Shown here one piece after another: positions 35,626 through 47,861 of a DNA stretch of 64,000 nt (positions are counted from its first letter, which is position 1; each line of letters begins with the position of its first letter). The notes under the pieces are model-generated. The model was given only the letters and a program-made list of their open reading frames with translations. It did not search any database and had not been told where the DNA came from. This DNA is from Tricharina praecox (taxonomy: Eukaryota). The position numbers were made by a program, and so were the translations under genes. The stretch spans positions 682,001-746,000 of the forward strand of contig NW_026250407.1 in the NCBI RefSeq assembly GCF_024521635.1. Reading direction: 5' to 3'.

Positions 35626-36526
35626 ATGGTATATCCATGCCTCTCCCACTCCCCCCTTCCAAATGCTAACCCCTTCTAGTCTCGCTACGAAATCCTCTCC
35701 CCAGAAGGCCTTCGCATCGACGGGCGGCGCTGGAACGAGCTCCGACGGTTCCACGCGCAACTGTCGACGCAGCCGACGGCGGCGGACGGGTCCTCGTACA
35801 TCGAGCAGGGCAACACGAAAGTGATCTGCACGGTTACCGGACCGACAGAGGCGTCGCAGCGCAGCAGGCAGCTGCACGATCGCGCGAGCATCTCTGTCGA
35901 GGTCACGTATGCCGCGTTTTCGGGGACCGATCGGAAGAAGAGGGCGAGGAATGATAAGTAAGTGGAAGGGCTACGAGGGGGGAGGGGGAGGGGGAGGGAA
36001 GGGAAGGGATGCGGCTGACTATTGGTGTAGGAGAGTGCAGGAAATGCGAACTATGCTGCAGCGCGCGTTTACTCAGGCGGTCCTAACCCACTTGCACCCG
36101 CGGAGCGAAATCACAATCTCCCTACATATCCTTTCGCAAGACGGCGGAGTCCTGGCGACCTGTGTCAATGCTGCGACGCTGGCGCTGATCGATGCCGGCG
36201 TTCCGATGAGTGACTACGTGGTAGGCATGTCTGCGGGCGTGGCCGGAAAGACGATCAGTTCTGGAGGCGGGGGGAGCTACGAAGAGAGTGCGGATCCGCT
36301 GCTAGATGTCAATTTCATCGAGGAGGGGGAGCTACCGCATCTTACTGTCGCTACGCTAGGGAAGAGTGAGAGAATCACGTTGCTGCATATGGAGAGTCGT
36401 GTGCATTTGGGCATGATGGAGGGGATGCTCGCGGTGGCGGTGGATGGATGTGCGAAGCTGAGGGACATGCTAGATGATGTGGTCAGGAAGCATGGGAACG
36501 AGCTTGCAAGGAGTGGGGCGCTCTGA
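35626..36526 (+). CDS. RRP41: Exosome RNase PH-like subunit Rrp41/Ski6 (first coding exon is ATG only)
   Basis: M|SRYEILSPEGLRIDGRRWNELR, ADGSSYIEQGNTKVIC, ILSQDGGVLATCVNAATLALIDAG. Confidence 0.95.
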
Positions 36527-36773
36527 GGAATTCATAGAACGGCAAATACCAACTCTTTACCGCAGCAATCACTCGCTGGATGCTCGTGGGACACATTTAA
36601 ACACAGTGAGACGAATTCTATCCCATCAGTCTATCCCATTTATCCACAGGAAGCTGTGCTCCCCCCAACCCTCTATATATCGTAAAGAAACCCACGAGAC
36701 CCAAGCCGGCAAACTATAAAATGCAAAAACAACACCCAGAACCCCCACCCAATGAAGAAACTTCAACTTTTCT

Positions 36774-38706
36774 CTATTGGAACTCAATGGTTCCAGGAGG
36801 CTTCTGAGTAACTGTGGGTATCCAGCAATGTTAGCGACGGTACATCACACGTGGGAGGGTGATTGGCTACTGACCATCGTAAAGCACTCTGCAGACACCA
36901 TCAACTTCGTTCACAATCCTAGTCGACACCTTGCGCAGGAATTTCCCGTCGAAGTCGAACCAGTCGGCGGTCATGTAGTCGGTGGTAGTGACAGCGCGGA
37001 GTGCGATAACTTGATCGTACACTCTCTTGTCACCCATGACACCGACGGCGCGGACAGGCAGCAGCGCAGCGTATGCCTGAGAGATCTCGCGGTAGAGACC
37101 AGCCTCCTTGATCTCGGAAATGAAGATGTGGTCCGCATGACGGGCAATGCGGATCTGATCGGGGGTGACCTCGCCGCAGATGCGGATGGCGATACCGGGC
37201 CCGGGGAAGGGGTGGCGCCAGACAAGCTCCTCAGGAATGCCAAGGTTGGTGCCCATGATGCGGACCTCGTCCTTGAAGAGCTCACGGAGAGGCTCGATCA
37301 GCTTGAGTCTCATGTTCTCAAGCAGTCCACCGACATTGTGGTGAGTCTTGATGGTGGCACTGGGACCCTTGAAGGAGATACTCTCGATGACATCGGGGTA
37401 GAGGGTTCCCTGGAGCAGGTAATCGACATCACCACCGGACTCCTTCATGACACGCTCGGCCTCACGCTGGAAGACCTCGATGAAGGTGTTACCGATGATC
37501 TTGCGCTTCTTCTCAGGGTCGTCGACACCCTTGAGCTTGGTCAAGAACTCCTCGCTGGCATCAACGACAGTCAGATTGATGCCGAGGTGCTTGGTCAGAG
37601 TCTCGTGAACGATCTCGCACTCGTTCAGACGCATGACACCGTTGTCGACCAGAATAGCGTGGAAACGCGATCCGATGGCCTTCTGCATGAGCTTGGCTGC
37701 GACGGTAGAGTCGACACCACCGGAGACGGCACCAATGACCTGGCCCTTCTCACCGACAACCGCACGAATGCGCTCGATCTCAGTCTCGACGAATCTGTCC
37801 ATGGTCCAATTCTGACGGGCCTTGCACAGCTTGATGGCGAAGTTCGCGAAGAGCTCCTTGCCCTTGGGGGTGTGAGTCACCTCGGGGTGGAACTGGATTC
37901 CGTACATGGGCTTCTGCGAGTGCGCAATGCCGGCGAAGGGAGCATTGGCAGTGGTAGCAATGGTGAGGAAGTCAGCGGGAAGGGCGCCGAGCTTGTCACC
38001 GTGGGACATCCACACATCTAGATTCTCGTCGATACCCTCGAAAAGAACATCAACGTGGGGAGCGGCGGAGGTGTGGCGAGTGACGGTCAGGATGGAATGA
38101 CCGTACTCCTTGCGATCACCAGCGCACACGTCACGTCCGTGGTTCCAGGCGATCTCCTGGAGACCATAACAGACTCCGAGAATGGGGACCTAGAAAATTT
38201 TCAACTCCAGCCCTTTGCTTTTTCACGAGCGGGGGAGAGTAACGAACACCCAAGTCGAACACAGCGGGGTCCACATGGGGCGCATCCGCATCGTAAACAG
38301 AGTAAGGAGATCCAGACAAAATGATTCCCTTGGGGTGGAAAGGGAGCTCCGCAATCTTCTGCGTGCACGGAAGCATCTCGGCGTAGACATTGAGTTCACG
38401 GAGGCGGCGAGTGATCAGGTGGGAGTACTGCGATCTACGTAAAAGTGAAGCGTCAGCACCCGCGCGCAGACGATGATACAGTGCGCAAAACGTACCCAAA
38501 GTCAAGCACCTAAGACCGGAAGAAAATCGGTAAGTGGGTTGTCACTGCAACTGTGACATTGGGCGCAAATACCAAAATTGTGTCGAAGAGCTCGGCCACC
38601 TAGGTCATATGCGCGTCAGAACAACAGTGATATGATGAACTATTTTCCAGTATAAGCATACCACTTCGGGGCCAGATCCCGCGGTCTGAACATCGGACTT
38701 GGACAT
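36774..38706 (-). CDS. GUA1: GMP synthase (glutamine-hydrolysing)
   Basis: [66 protein letters not shown] and C-terminal KPPGTIEFQ. Confidence 0.97.
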
Positions 38707-38929
38707 TTTTCCTTCTGTATTTGCGGGTGTTCGGGGGGTTGCTTGGGTCTGAAGGAAAGATGCCTCTCGAGATGTCCGAAACACAAGAGAAAGAAACGAA
38801 TGGTGGGGCAAGGCCAGTGAAAATTCTTTGGTGGGGCAGACATGCGGCTCAACTGATAAACTTTCTGAGCTAGGCGAAGTTTGAACTGGGGGCGCAGGGT
38901 TTAATTAAGTGGTTTTAGATGGAGCAAAT

Positions 38930-38974
38930 CGCGTCTTCTCTGCACGGTGCAAACGCGATAAACTCAGACACGCG
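38930..38974. promoter_or_regulatory. Cluster of three ACGCG (MCB-like) cores in the GUA1/RRN6 divergent promoter
   Basis: CGCGT at 38930, ACGCG at 38953 and 38970. Confidence 0.35.
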
Positions 38975-39052
38975 ACTTGGACGCTGCGGTTTTCTCTAGA
39001 AAGGCGGCGCGCAATTGCAATCGAGGTTTCCAGTGCGTGAAAACGAGCACAC

Positions 39053-42000
39053 ATGGCCATGAATATTCCGACTTACGATCCCCGAGCCCGGAAATGGCAT
39101 TTCTCCCATCAACACAGTGGGGGCTTCCGATTGTTTGCCATGAGCCCCGAAGAGCAGGTGGTTCGCCGGTCGATGGTTCTTGATACTGGCGAGGCAACTC
39201 TTAGCAGAAGGAAACGCCGGTGGAAACGATGTCTGGTACAAACTCTTGGTGTCCTAATGGGTGGGGTGTGAGAATGTTGTGGTCTAATCGGATTGAATGT
39301 GTTTGGCCAGTGTAGGCGGTTGATGTCCCAGAAATGGCACCGGCCATGGAATGGATCGAAGACTACTTCGAGGAATCGCACCTTCTGGCAGCTAATTCCA
39401 ATGCAATCGATACAGCCATTGGTCACTTGCTTGCTTTTGGTACGGCAGTAGGCCACCGGGACCGCACAATCAGCGTGGCTGCGTATGCCCGTGGAGATAC
39501 TGGCTCAGATCTCGGTATGGCATCTGTTCTTTTGGGCACCAGGGGGGGTTTTTTTTGACCAAGGCGAGTATATAGTCTTAGCGGAAATGAAAGTGGAGGC
39601 CCGAAACTTCAAAGAATCCGACGGCGTAGCTCTCTCGGTGCCTCAGCTAGTACATTCCTCCCATGGCCCTCAACACAGCTTCCAATCACCAATCCGTCAG
39701 ATATGTTTCGCTGGAAACCCCTATAAGGAGGATGCGGTAAACCGTATGTATGCTTTGCAGTGCACCCAGACGCATATGCTCTTGCTAATCGTGTTGTAGC
39801 CTTTCTTGCGGTACGGACATCTAAACATACCAAGGTGTTTAAAGTTCTATATCAGCATCCACAAGGGCATCGAACAGCGGTCCGGCTGGGCTTACAGCCC
39901 TTGGTAACTGCGAATACACTAGGTTCAGATGGTCATTCCGACGTTTCGTTCAATCCGTGGTATAACCGGCAATTCAGTACCTCTGACCAGAAGGGAAACT
40001 GGGGTGTATGGGATATCGAAGGAGCGTATGAGCGCTCTCGGAAAGGCTCTGGCCTCACGCTGAAGTGTACTTCAAATGGCCGCGTGACACGTAATGACGA
40101 TCGTGAATCAGACGGATGGGGGCGGATCACATGGGGAGGGGATCTGAATTCCGTGATAGTGTGTGATCGATACACAGCAAGCCTCTTTGATATACGGGTG
40201 AGATCCAAGAGATACATTCGAAGCCCCCGGACTTTTGCTGATTGATCTAGACCACCGTTTCATCACCAAGCATTGTCCTTCCTGTTGACCGTGACAGAAG
40301 CTGGATCCTTGATATGCAAAGAAGCCCGACAAATGGTGGTACTAACGATGCATATATCCTTACATCATCAGATGTCACATGGGTGGACATAAGACAACCA
40401 GGACGGGCCCTACTTAGCTGGCCTCATGGTCGACATCGTGATGATGTCTCAATGTATCTAGAGCTACTTCATTCGGCCGATGGTAAGCATCTGACATGTG
40501 CAGGATATTTCCGTGGGCTTTATTAACGGGAATAGTGACAACTGCCGTCGTTGGCTCGCGCCTGAACTTTTTGACGACATGCTACCAGTTCTCGCAGGGC
40601 ACAAGCATGGATCAGAGTCCGGCTATGGTGGGGGATGCTTTCATGCTGTCGCCGCCGTTCGATCAGTCGAAACCAGCCATCAATATGGCTTTCCTCCCTT
40701 GTCCACTCCGCACCACGAAGGGTGCCACCGGCCCAGCTGCCGAATTTGAGGCCAACGATGTGAACTTTTTTGCAGGGTTCGCAATCGATAAGGAGATGAA
40801 GATATCACAGCGGTTGTACAGTACCCAGGAGGTTCCAGATATCCCGGCAGGCGGTGCTGCCGTGAGCACTGAGTATATCGCCGAGTCAGAGGAGGAGGAA
40901 GATGTCGATATGGATTCGGAGGGGGAAAGAGGATTTGCGGGCAATCGAGGACCCTCTCTTGGGCCTGGTGGATCGCAAAGTCACCGCTGGGCAAATCTCT
41001 CCGAGGTTTATGACTCCATATTCAAACAGGGAGATGAAGCATTGCGCACCGTACAGGATGAGGATTCAGCAAATTCAGTTGCTGGCTACTGTGCAACACT
41101 CGCTGAGCTGTTAGAAACTCGAGTGGAGCGCGGTAATCTCGGTATATCGTCGTTGTAAGTCCCCTAGCATCGAGTCTACTTTTACAGTTCTCGCTGTTAA
41201 CCGGTCTACCTCTTAGAATCGATGTTCGCACCCCGTCTCTACTCTTTGACAAGCTCTCTGATCTGGAAGCGGGGATCAACGAGCTACTTAATTCCCCGAA
41301 GATCAAAGATCTTTTCGAGACCCATTCACTTATTCACGACTCTCTGTCTGGTCCTCTCATGGCGGGTGGCGACTCTTTTAAGGTCTCAATCCAGAATCTA
41401 TACGACAATCTGGTAGGCACCAGAGTTGCACCTCTCCCTGCCAACATTCCACCCCGCATCCGGCTGCATCGCGAGCGTCTATCTCGCCTCATAGCAACTG
41501 AGCTATATCTCGCCAACATTGGAATCAGCCTCAAGCCAACACCAGAACAACTCGTGCCTCCACCCTCCCAGGTGCTCGGTTCCCGGGACCTCTCCCAGGT
41601 TTCCTCATCGCCAATCGACAGTGGCAAAGACGGAGAAGACGAATATTTGCTACGCATCCGCGCATATGCCCACGTTCAAACTCGTGTCACGCTCCCAAAA
41701 GGCATAGGCCGCGTGCTAGACGGTTGGAAAGCCGGCGAAGATCCGGCAGAATTCGAGTTCTTTGTAGATCCCGAGAAGGGCGTACCGCGGTATCGGAAGG
41801 ATCGTAGGAAGATCCGGAAGGAGAAAGAGCGGTTGGGTCAAGGTGGGCGTAGTGCTGCCAGTCAAGGCAATGATGGCATGCTTGATATGTTTGGTGAAAG
41901 TCAACCTATGCTTCTGGATGATAGGCTAGCGGGGACTCAGGTTCAGATGAGCCAGGCCCCGGGTAGTCAGAGTCAGAGTCAGGATCAGAGTCAGGCTGTG

Positions 42001-42069
42001 ATCATGAGCCAGATTGTGCAGGGAAAGCACGCCAGCAGGAAGCAGAAGAAGAGGAAGACCGGATTTTGA
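39053..42069 (+). CDS. RRN6: RNA polymerase I core factor subunit Rrn6, multi-exon (start uncertain)
   Basis: PIRQICFA, LAVRTS, HSDVSFNPW..QF....KGNWGVWDI, DGWGRITW and C-terminal MSQIVQGKHASRKQKKRKTGF. Confidence 0.8.
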
Positions 42070-42796
42070 ACTGGTCTCGTTGGATTCTAATGGGATGACG
42101 TTTATGACACTATCCTTTACTAGGCAGTGGCAATTGGCCACTTTGTTGTCCTGACCATATTGTTCTGCTCCCAGGCTGTTTCCCAATGGCTTTGTAACCT
42201 GTATGTAGCATGCTTGTGTACCGGCTGCTGGTGATTGAGGGTTTGATCATGAATTCTGGCCCTCACTCGATTGTGGACAGTCAATTCGCTATGGTATCTT
42301 GGTAATAGTAAAGTAATTCACTATAACTCACTTGACTTACTGTCCCACTAAGGCTTAGGGCTCACGTTTCGTTGTGGAGGTTGGACACGAACAAACGTCA
42401 CTTCCCTAGGTCATCTTGACGGTTGACGTCTCATATTGACTCATTCCTAGGCAGTGAACGCGCCGTGTATCACCGCTCAGCTGGAGCCGTATTCGGAGGT
42501 TGTAAACGTATTTATTACTCGCCATGACTGTTTCCAAAATTCTTCAAACTGCGTCGCTAGTGAAGAAGCAGTAAATTCAATTACCGTTAACAAAGGCTGC
42601 GCACCGATCTTAACGGCCAATAAAGCGGACGTCATATCAGATCCTCCGATAAACCCTAGCACAAACTCAAACCTCAGACCCACTTTGGATCTTTTTCCCC
42701 GCAACCACACAAGGGCCGGCCGCACTGACCCACCACCCCACCACTTCCCTCACCTTCCCAGCTCCGCGGTCTTCTCAGCAACAATCTATTGGAAAA

Positions 42797-44980
42797 ATGG
42801 CGGACAAGCTTACACGGTAGGCCTGCGCAATTCCGCTTTCCCTCCTTTTGGGCGCTTCTGACACTTTTTAAATAGTATTGCCATCGTGAGCACGGATAAG
42901 GTATGAGCGCTCTCTCTCGAACAGCGGCAGCAAAAGTGGTCGCGCGCGTATTGCAATCACTGACCGAGACGTTTCTGGATCCAATAGTGCAAGCCCAAGG
43001 TGAGTCGTCCCCGTGCGGTGGCAAGAGAGGATTTAGTCGCTGAATTTACGCTAGAAATGTCGTCAAGAGTGTAAAAAGTCGTGCCCAGTCGTACGGACAG
43101 GAAAGCTCTGCATCGAGGTCTCTCCGGAGTCTAAGATCGCCTTCATCTCCGAGCGACTATGCATTGGATGTGGTATCTGTCCCAAGAAGTGTCCTTTCGG
43201 AGGTGCGGCTTCATCCTCTGCTCCCTTGAATCGTGCGTGCAGCTTTTGACATTTGGCGATAGCAATCCACATTATCAACCTTCCCACCAATCTTGAGTCG
43301 CAAGTCACTCACCGTTACTCCGCGAATTCGTTCAAACTCCATCGTCTTCCCACACCGCGTCCCGGTCAGGTTCTTGGTCTCGTTGGCACCAACGGTATCG
43401 GAAAGTCGACGGCGCTCAAGATTCTATCCGGAAAGCAGAAGCCGAATTTGGGACGCTACGACAACCCGCCAGACTGGAATGAGACGCTCCAGTACTTCCG
43501 TGGTAGTGAGCTGCAGAATTACCTTACCAAGGTCGTGGAGGACAACCTGAAGGCCGTCGTCAAGCCCCAGTATGTCGACAAATTGCCTCAGGCGATTCGA
43601 GGACAGGTTCGGAGTGTCGAGGCGCTGCTCAAGCAGCAGTGCCAGATGGATAACATGCAGGAGATGATCGATGTTTTGGAGCTGGGCCCAGTTCTGCAAA
43701 GAGATGTTGAGCAGTTGTCCGGAGGAGAGCTTCAGCGATTCGCCATTGCTGTCGCCTGTGTTCAGAAAGCGGACGTGTATGTTGTTGCACTCCCGTCGCT
43801 ATTGGGTGTTGGCTGATGGTTATGCTAGGTACATGTTCGACGAGCCTTCATCCTACCTGGATGTTAAGCAGCGTTTGAAGGCTGCCAGCACTATCCGTGG
43901 CCTTCTGCGGTCGGACGACTACGTCATCGTCGTCGAGCACGATTTGTCGGTGCTGGACTACCTGTCCGACTTCATCTGTGTACTCTATGGAAAGCCGTCG
44001 GTGTACGGTGTGGTTACACTGCCTGCCTCCGTGCGTGAAGGAATCAACATCTTCTTGGACGGTCACATTCCCACTGAGAACTTGCGTTTCCGTGAAGAGT
44101 CGCTGCAATTCCGAATTGCGGAAGCTGGAGACGAGTTCATGGTCGACCGGTCACGTCAGTTCAAATACCCCAAGCTGGAGAAGACGCTCGGTGGCTTCCA
44201 CCTCTCGATCGACCCTGGTGAGTTCACCGACTCCGAAATCATCGTCATGATGGGAGAGAATGGAACCGGAAAGACCACTTTCTGTAGGATGTTGGCCGGT
44301 GCCGAGCAGCCCGACGGCACTAAGAAGATGCCCAAGATGAGCGTCTCCATGAAGCCCCAGAAGATCAACCCCAAGTTCCCTGGTACCGTCCGCGAACTGC
44401 TCATGAAGAAGGTCCGCGCTTCGTTCCTGAACCCTCAGTTCCAGACCGACGTCTACAAGCCTCTCCGCATCGACGACTTCATCGACCAGGAAGTCAAGCA
44501 CTTGTCCGGAGGAGAATTGCAGCGTGTCGCCATTGTCCTGGCGCTCGGCCAGCCCGCCGATATTTACCTCATCGACGAGCCCTCTGCCTATCTCGACTCC
44601 GAACAGCGTATCATTGCCGCCCGTGTCATCAAGCGCTTCATCATGCACGCCAAGAAGACTGCCTTCGTCGTCGAGCACGATTTCATCATGGCTACCTACT
44701 TGGCCGACCGTGTTATCGTGTTCGAGGGTGAACCTTCTGTGGACGCCATGGCAACAGCTCCTCAGAGCTTGTTGACCGGATGCAACCAGTTCTTGAAGAA
44801 CTTGAACGTTACCTTCCGACGTGATAAGAGCTCTTTCCGGCCCAGAATCAACAAGCTTGACTCGCAGTTGGATCAGGAACAGAAGCTGAGCGGAAACTAT
44901 TTCTTCTTGGAGGGTGAGTGACTACGATTCCACGTTCCTCAAATTCTCTCTAATGTGGCGATATAGACAACAACAACTAA
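42797..44980 (+). CDS. RLI1: ABCE1/Rli1 Fe-S ABC ATPase (ribosome recycling)
   Basis: [44 protein letters not shown], two Walker A motifs ([18 protein letters not shown]), LSGGELQR twice; last exon encodes DNNN. Confidence 0.98.
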
Positions 44981-45599
44981 ACAGCTTGATTTGCGGGTAC
45001 AATGGCGGCTACGGTTGCTTGCAGTAGAGTTACTAGATTTATAGTGCTGCGAATGGCACCGCCGTCGGAGTGAGAAATCTGGGCTGGAGGGTTGTGATTA
45101 AGTACTTCGGCAGGGCAGGTTCAAAAAGGCAGTCGTGCGGCATAATAAAAAGAAGACGGCTGGGTTAGATGTGGTTTGCAATGTTTTTCCATGTAGTTTT
45201 TATGTTCATCATTCTGTGTGTGACTACATCTAGTCACAACAGTATGTTTTCTCTACGAGACAAGTGAATTGCTTCCTCCGAATAGTGACCCGATATAGCA
45301 CGTTTCACAGCCATACTCCGTGTCTTTGAAAGTCGCACTCACTTCCATTGGTGAAGGATAAGGCCGTATGGACGGAGACCGACATCTTCATCAGGAATAG
45401 ACTATTTTTATACCTTGGGCTGCGAGCACCCAGGATTCTAGCCCCCAGACAACCGCATCACTCATGGACCCTGCATATTCCAATGCAGATCTCGGGACTC
45501 GGGAGATACATAGTAACAGATAGTTCACAGTCTGAACACCTTTGCATTATATAAACCCCAAAGCTCTCCTATACCTTCCTCTTCACGCCAACTACCGTG

Positions 45600-46760
45600 A
45601 TGGCAGAAGAACAAGGACGGAAATTCCAACATCCGCTCTCCCTTCCCCTCCACCACAGCATCCTAATCCTCTCCCTCCTCGCGTCGCCCTTCCGCTACCG
45701 TCGCGCGCTCTCCCTCGCACTGATAATATGCACCTTCCCGCCGCTCATCCTGCGGCCCTATAGCCCCGACCCGGCGCTCTCCTACGGCATCGCCACGCTA
45801 TGGGTGTTCACGCTGCGCGTGCTCACGATCCACGTATTCTCGCGCCCGACGCCGGAGGCGGCACTGTACCGGCCGCAACTCGAGCCGCCCGGCGCAGCGG
45901 CTGGATACTCGCTCCCCAAGAAACTGCGGTGGACGCTGTCGCTCCTGGTCGCGCAGCGCAATGTGGGGTGGAATAACTCCGTCGTGGAAAGCACTGCTGC
46001 TCAGCAGCGGCGGCGCGGAAGGTGGGGGTATGCGGCCTATGTCCTGACGAAGGTCCTGGGGATCTACCTCCTCCTCGATATTTCTCGCACCATCGTCCTG
46101 CAGCAGGAGTGGATGCTCCCGCTTGACCACCCCGCGTACCGTCCGCTGGGTGACCCGCGCCGGAGTATTCCCGCGAGACTCGTGGACGTGGCGACGAACG
46201 GCGGTAGTGCTTGGGGGTATATGGAGCTCCAGTACCTCCTGCTGTCACTCATCTTTGTCGGCCTGGGCGACGACGAGGCCTCGTGGCCGCCGCTGTTTGG
46301 TAGCCTCTGGGATGCGTACTCGGTCCAGAGACTGTGGGGACAGGTGTGGCACCGTATGCTCCGGAGTTCACTGGTGTCCTGGGGGAGGGCGGTGGCAGAT
46401 TGCTTGGGGATAAGGGAGGGGACCGCAAGGTTTTTGGTAGTGGTCGGGACGTCGTTCACGATATCTGCGGTGGGTCATGCGAGTGCGATCTGGACGGCGG
46501 ATAAGAGTCTGGGAGGTGGAGCGTTGCGGTTCTTTTTAATGCAGGCGGCGGGAGTGGGGGTGGAGACAGGGGTGGTGGCAGTGTGGAGACGAGTGGGTGG
46601 GGGAAATGTTCAATGGGGAAAGTGGGTCGGATATGCCTGGACGCTGGCGTGGTTGACGTATACCTGCCCTATGCAGGCAGAGGAGATGGTGACCATTGGG
46701 CTGTTCAAAACCGACCCGGTTCCTTGGAGCGTCACAAGATGGGCTTTGGGGATGCAGTAG
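45600..46760 (+). CDS. MBOAT-2 (wax synthase/Tri7-like) membrane-bound O-acyltransferase, intronless
   Basis: RNVGWN, WPPLFGSLWDAYSVQRLWGQVWHRMLR, FTISAVGH, FFLMQAAGVGVE, GKWVGYAW; many TM helices. Confidence 0.9.
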   Translation: MAEEQGRKFQHPLSLPLHHSILILSLLASPFRYRRALSLALIICTFPPLILRPYSPDPALSYGIATLWVFTLRVLTIHVFSRPTPEAALYRPQLEPPGAAAGYSLPKKLRWTLSLLVAQRNVGWNNSVVESTAAQQRRRGRWGYAAYVLTKVLGIYLLLDISRTIVLQQEWMLPLDHPAYRPLGDPRRSIPARLVDVATNGGSAWGYMELQYLLLSLIFVGLGDDEASWPPLFGSLWDAYSVQRLWGQVWHRMLRSSLVSWGRAVADCLGIREGTARFLVVVGTSFTISAVGHASAIWTADKSLGGGALRFFLMQAAGVGVETGVVAVWRRVGGGNVQWGKWVGYAWTLAWLTYTCPMQAEEMVTIGLFKTDPVPWSVTRWALGMQ

Positions 46761-46846
46761 TAGCAGTAGGGTAGGTAAACATGGTGCCATAGCTTCAATT
46801 CAAAGTATTCACTCAGACCTGACCTCTCCTTCCCGCATATGTAAAT

Positions 46847-47109
46847 CTAGCCGTGTGTGCAGTGCGTACAAACTCCCTTCTCATCAACATGCACGTTAAC
46901 ACGGTTCTCGACGAAATCGCGGGTCATCATCATGCCTGGCTTGACGACGCGGTGGACAGGCGGGAGTTCGGCCTTCATCTAAGACTTGTTAGGTGGTTTC
47001 TTGATGGGAGAAGATAGAAGGGTACTTCGGCGGCCGTCATGTCCTTGCCCTTGAACTTGGATTCCCACTCTTGGTTCTTCGCCCGGACTTCGGGAGGTGG
47101 GCCAGACAT
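46847..47109 (-). CDS. Peptidase inhibitor I78 (potato-I-like fold), ~71 aa, 2 exons
   Basis: MSGPPPEVRAKNQEWESKFKGKDMTAAE|MKAELPPVHRVVKPGMMMTRDFVENRVNVHVDEKGVCTHCTHG; RVVxPGxxxTxDF..NRVNV signature. Confidence 0.85.
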
Positions 47110-47861
47110 TTTGGTTGTGGTTTTGGTTGTGCGTGTGAAGTAGTTTGTGGTGATGACGGTGGTAATAACAATAGTGGCGATGATGGAGGTCGATGATTGT
47201 GGGAGCTTTGGAGAAGAGAAGAGAGGACAAGCTTTTGATAGTATGTCCAAGGGCAACGGTGAGATGACGTAGGTGGGGTTCGGCAGAAAGCGTGTGCAAG
47301 CACTCAAGCTTACTTAGAGTAGGTACATAGCTCGCCCAGCCGAATCAACCTAACTACTACCTGTATGTACCTGCTGAAGCTCTCATCCTGAGCCAATATA
47401 TGTTAACGCTTTCGTCCCAGACCAGAAAACTTGATGACTTCAAAAGTGACCAAATCCAAGCGTGCTGAATATTAGAAACAATATGCCGCCGAGGGCTGTG
47501 ATGCGGAGGTGTTATGTGGAACGGTGTCGGAGGAGTAGCTGCTGTGTACATCTCGGGGACGGAACTCGATGAAGGTCCCGATTTCTTGAAGGTCCCGATT
47601 TATGTGCGTTATCCTTGTTTTATACACGAAACTCCTGCTTAGAGGTTGCGGCATGTCAGGTCCCTTTAAAGTCATCTGCAGAGGGCGAGGGCTCACAATG
47701 TCCTTGGGCGAATGGATGAATCACAGAGATGTGGCTAATACGGTAGTCGAAACGCAAGCGTTCTTCAGCTATTAAACACCTGTGCGAAGCAAAAGGTAAA
47801 ATTTACATAATGTGTCATTACTAAGTACTCTCGGTACCTTCTTCCTCCCTTCCCCACCGTA

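Noticed and set aside
36777..38021. 414-aa antisense ORF over GUA1
   Set aside because: Typical antisense shadow of a C-ending-codon-biased gene.
42350..42660. TTAGGG/CCCTA (Tbf1/telobox-like) words upstream of RLI1
   Set aside because: Few, short and degenerate; cannot be supported without comparative data.
45219..45238. Perfect 8-bp inverted repeat TGTGACTA-catc-TAGTCACA
   Set aside because: Short and isolated, with no TIR/TSD context; expected by chance in 64 kb.
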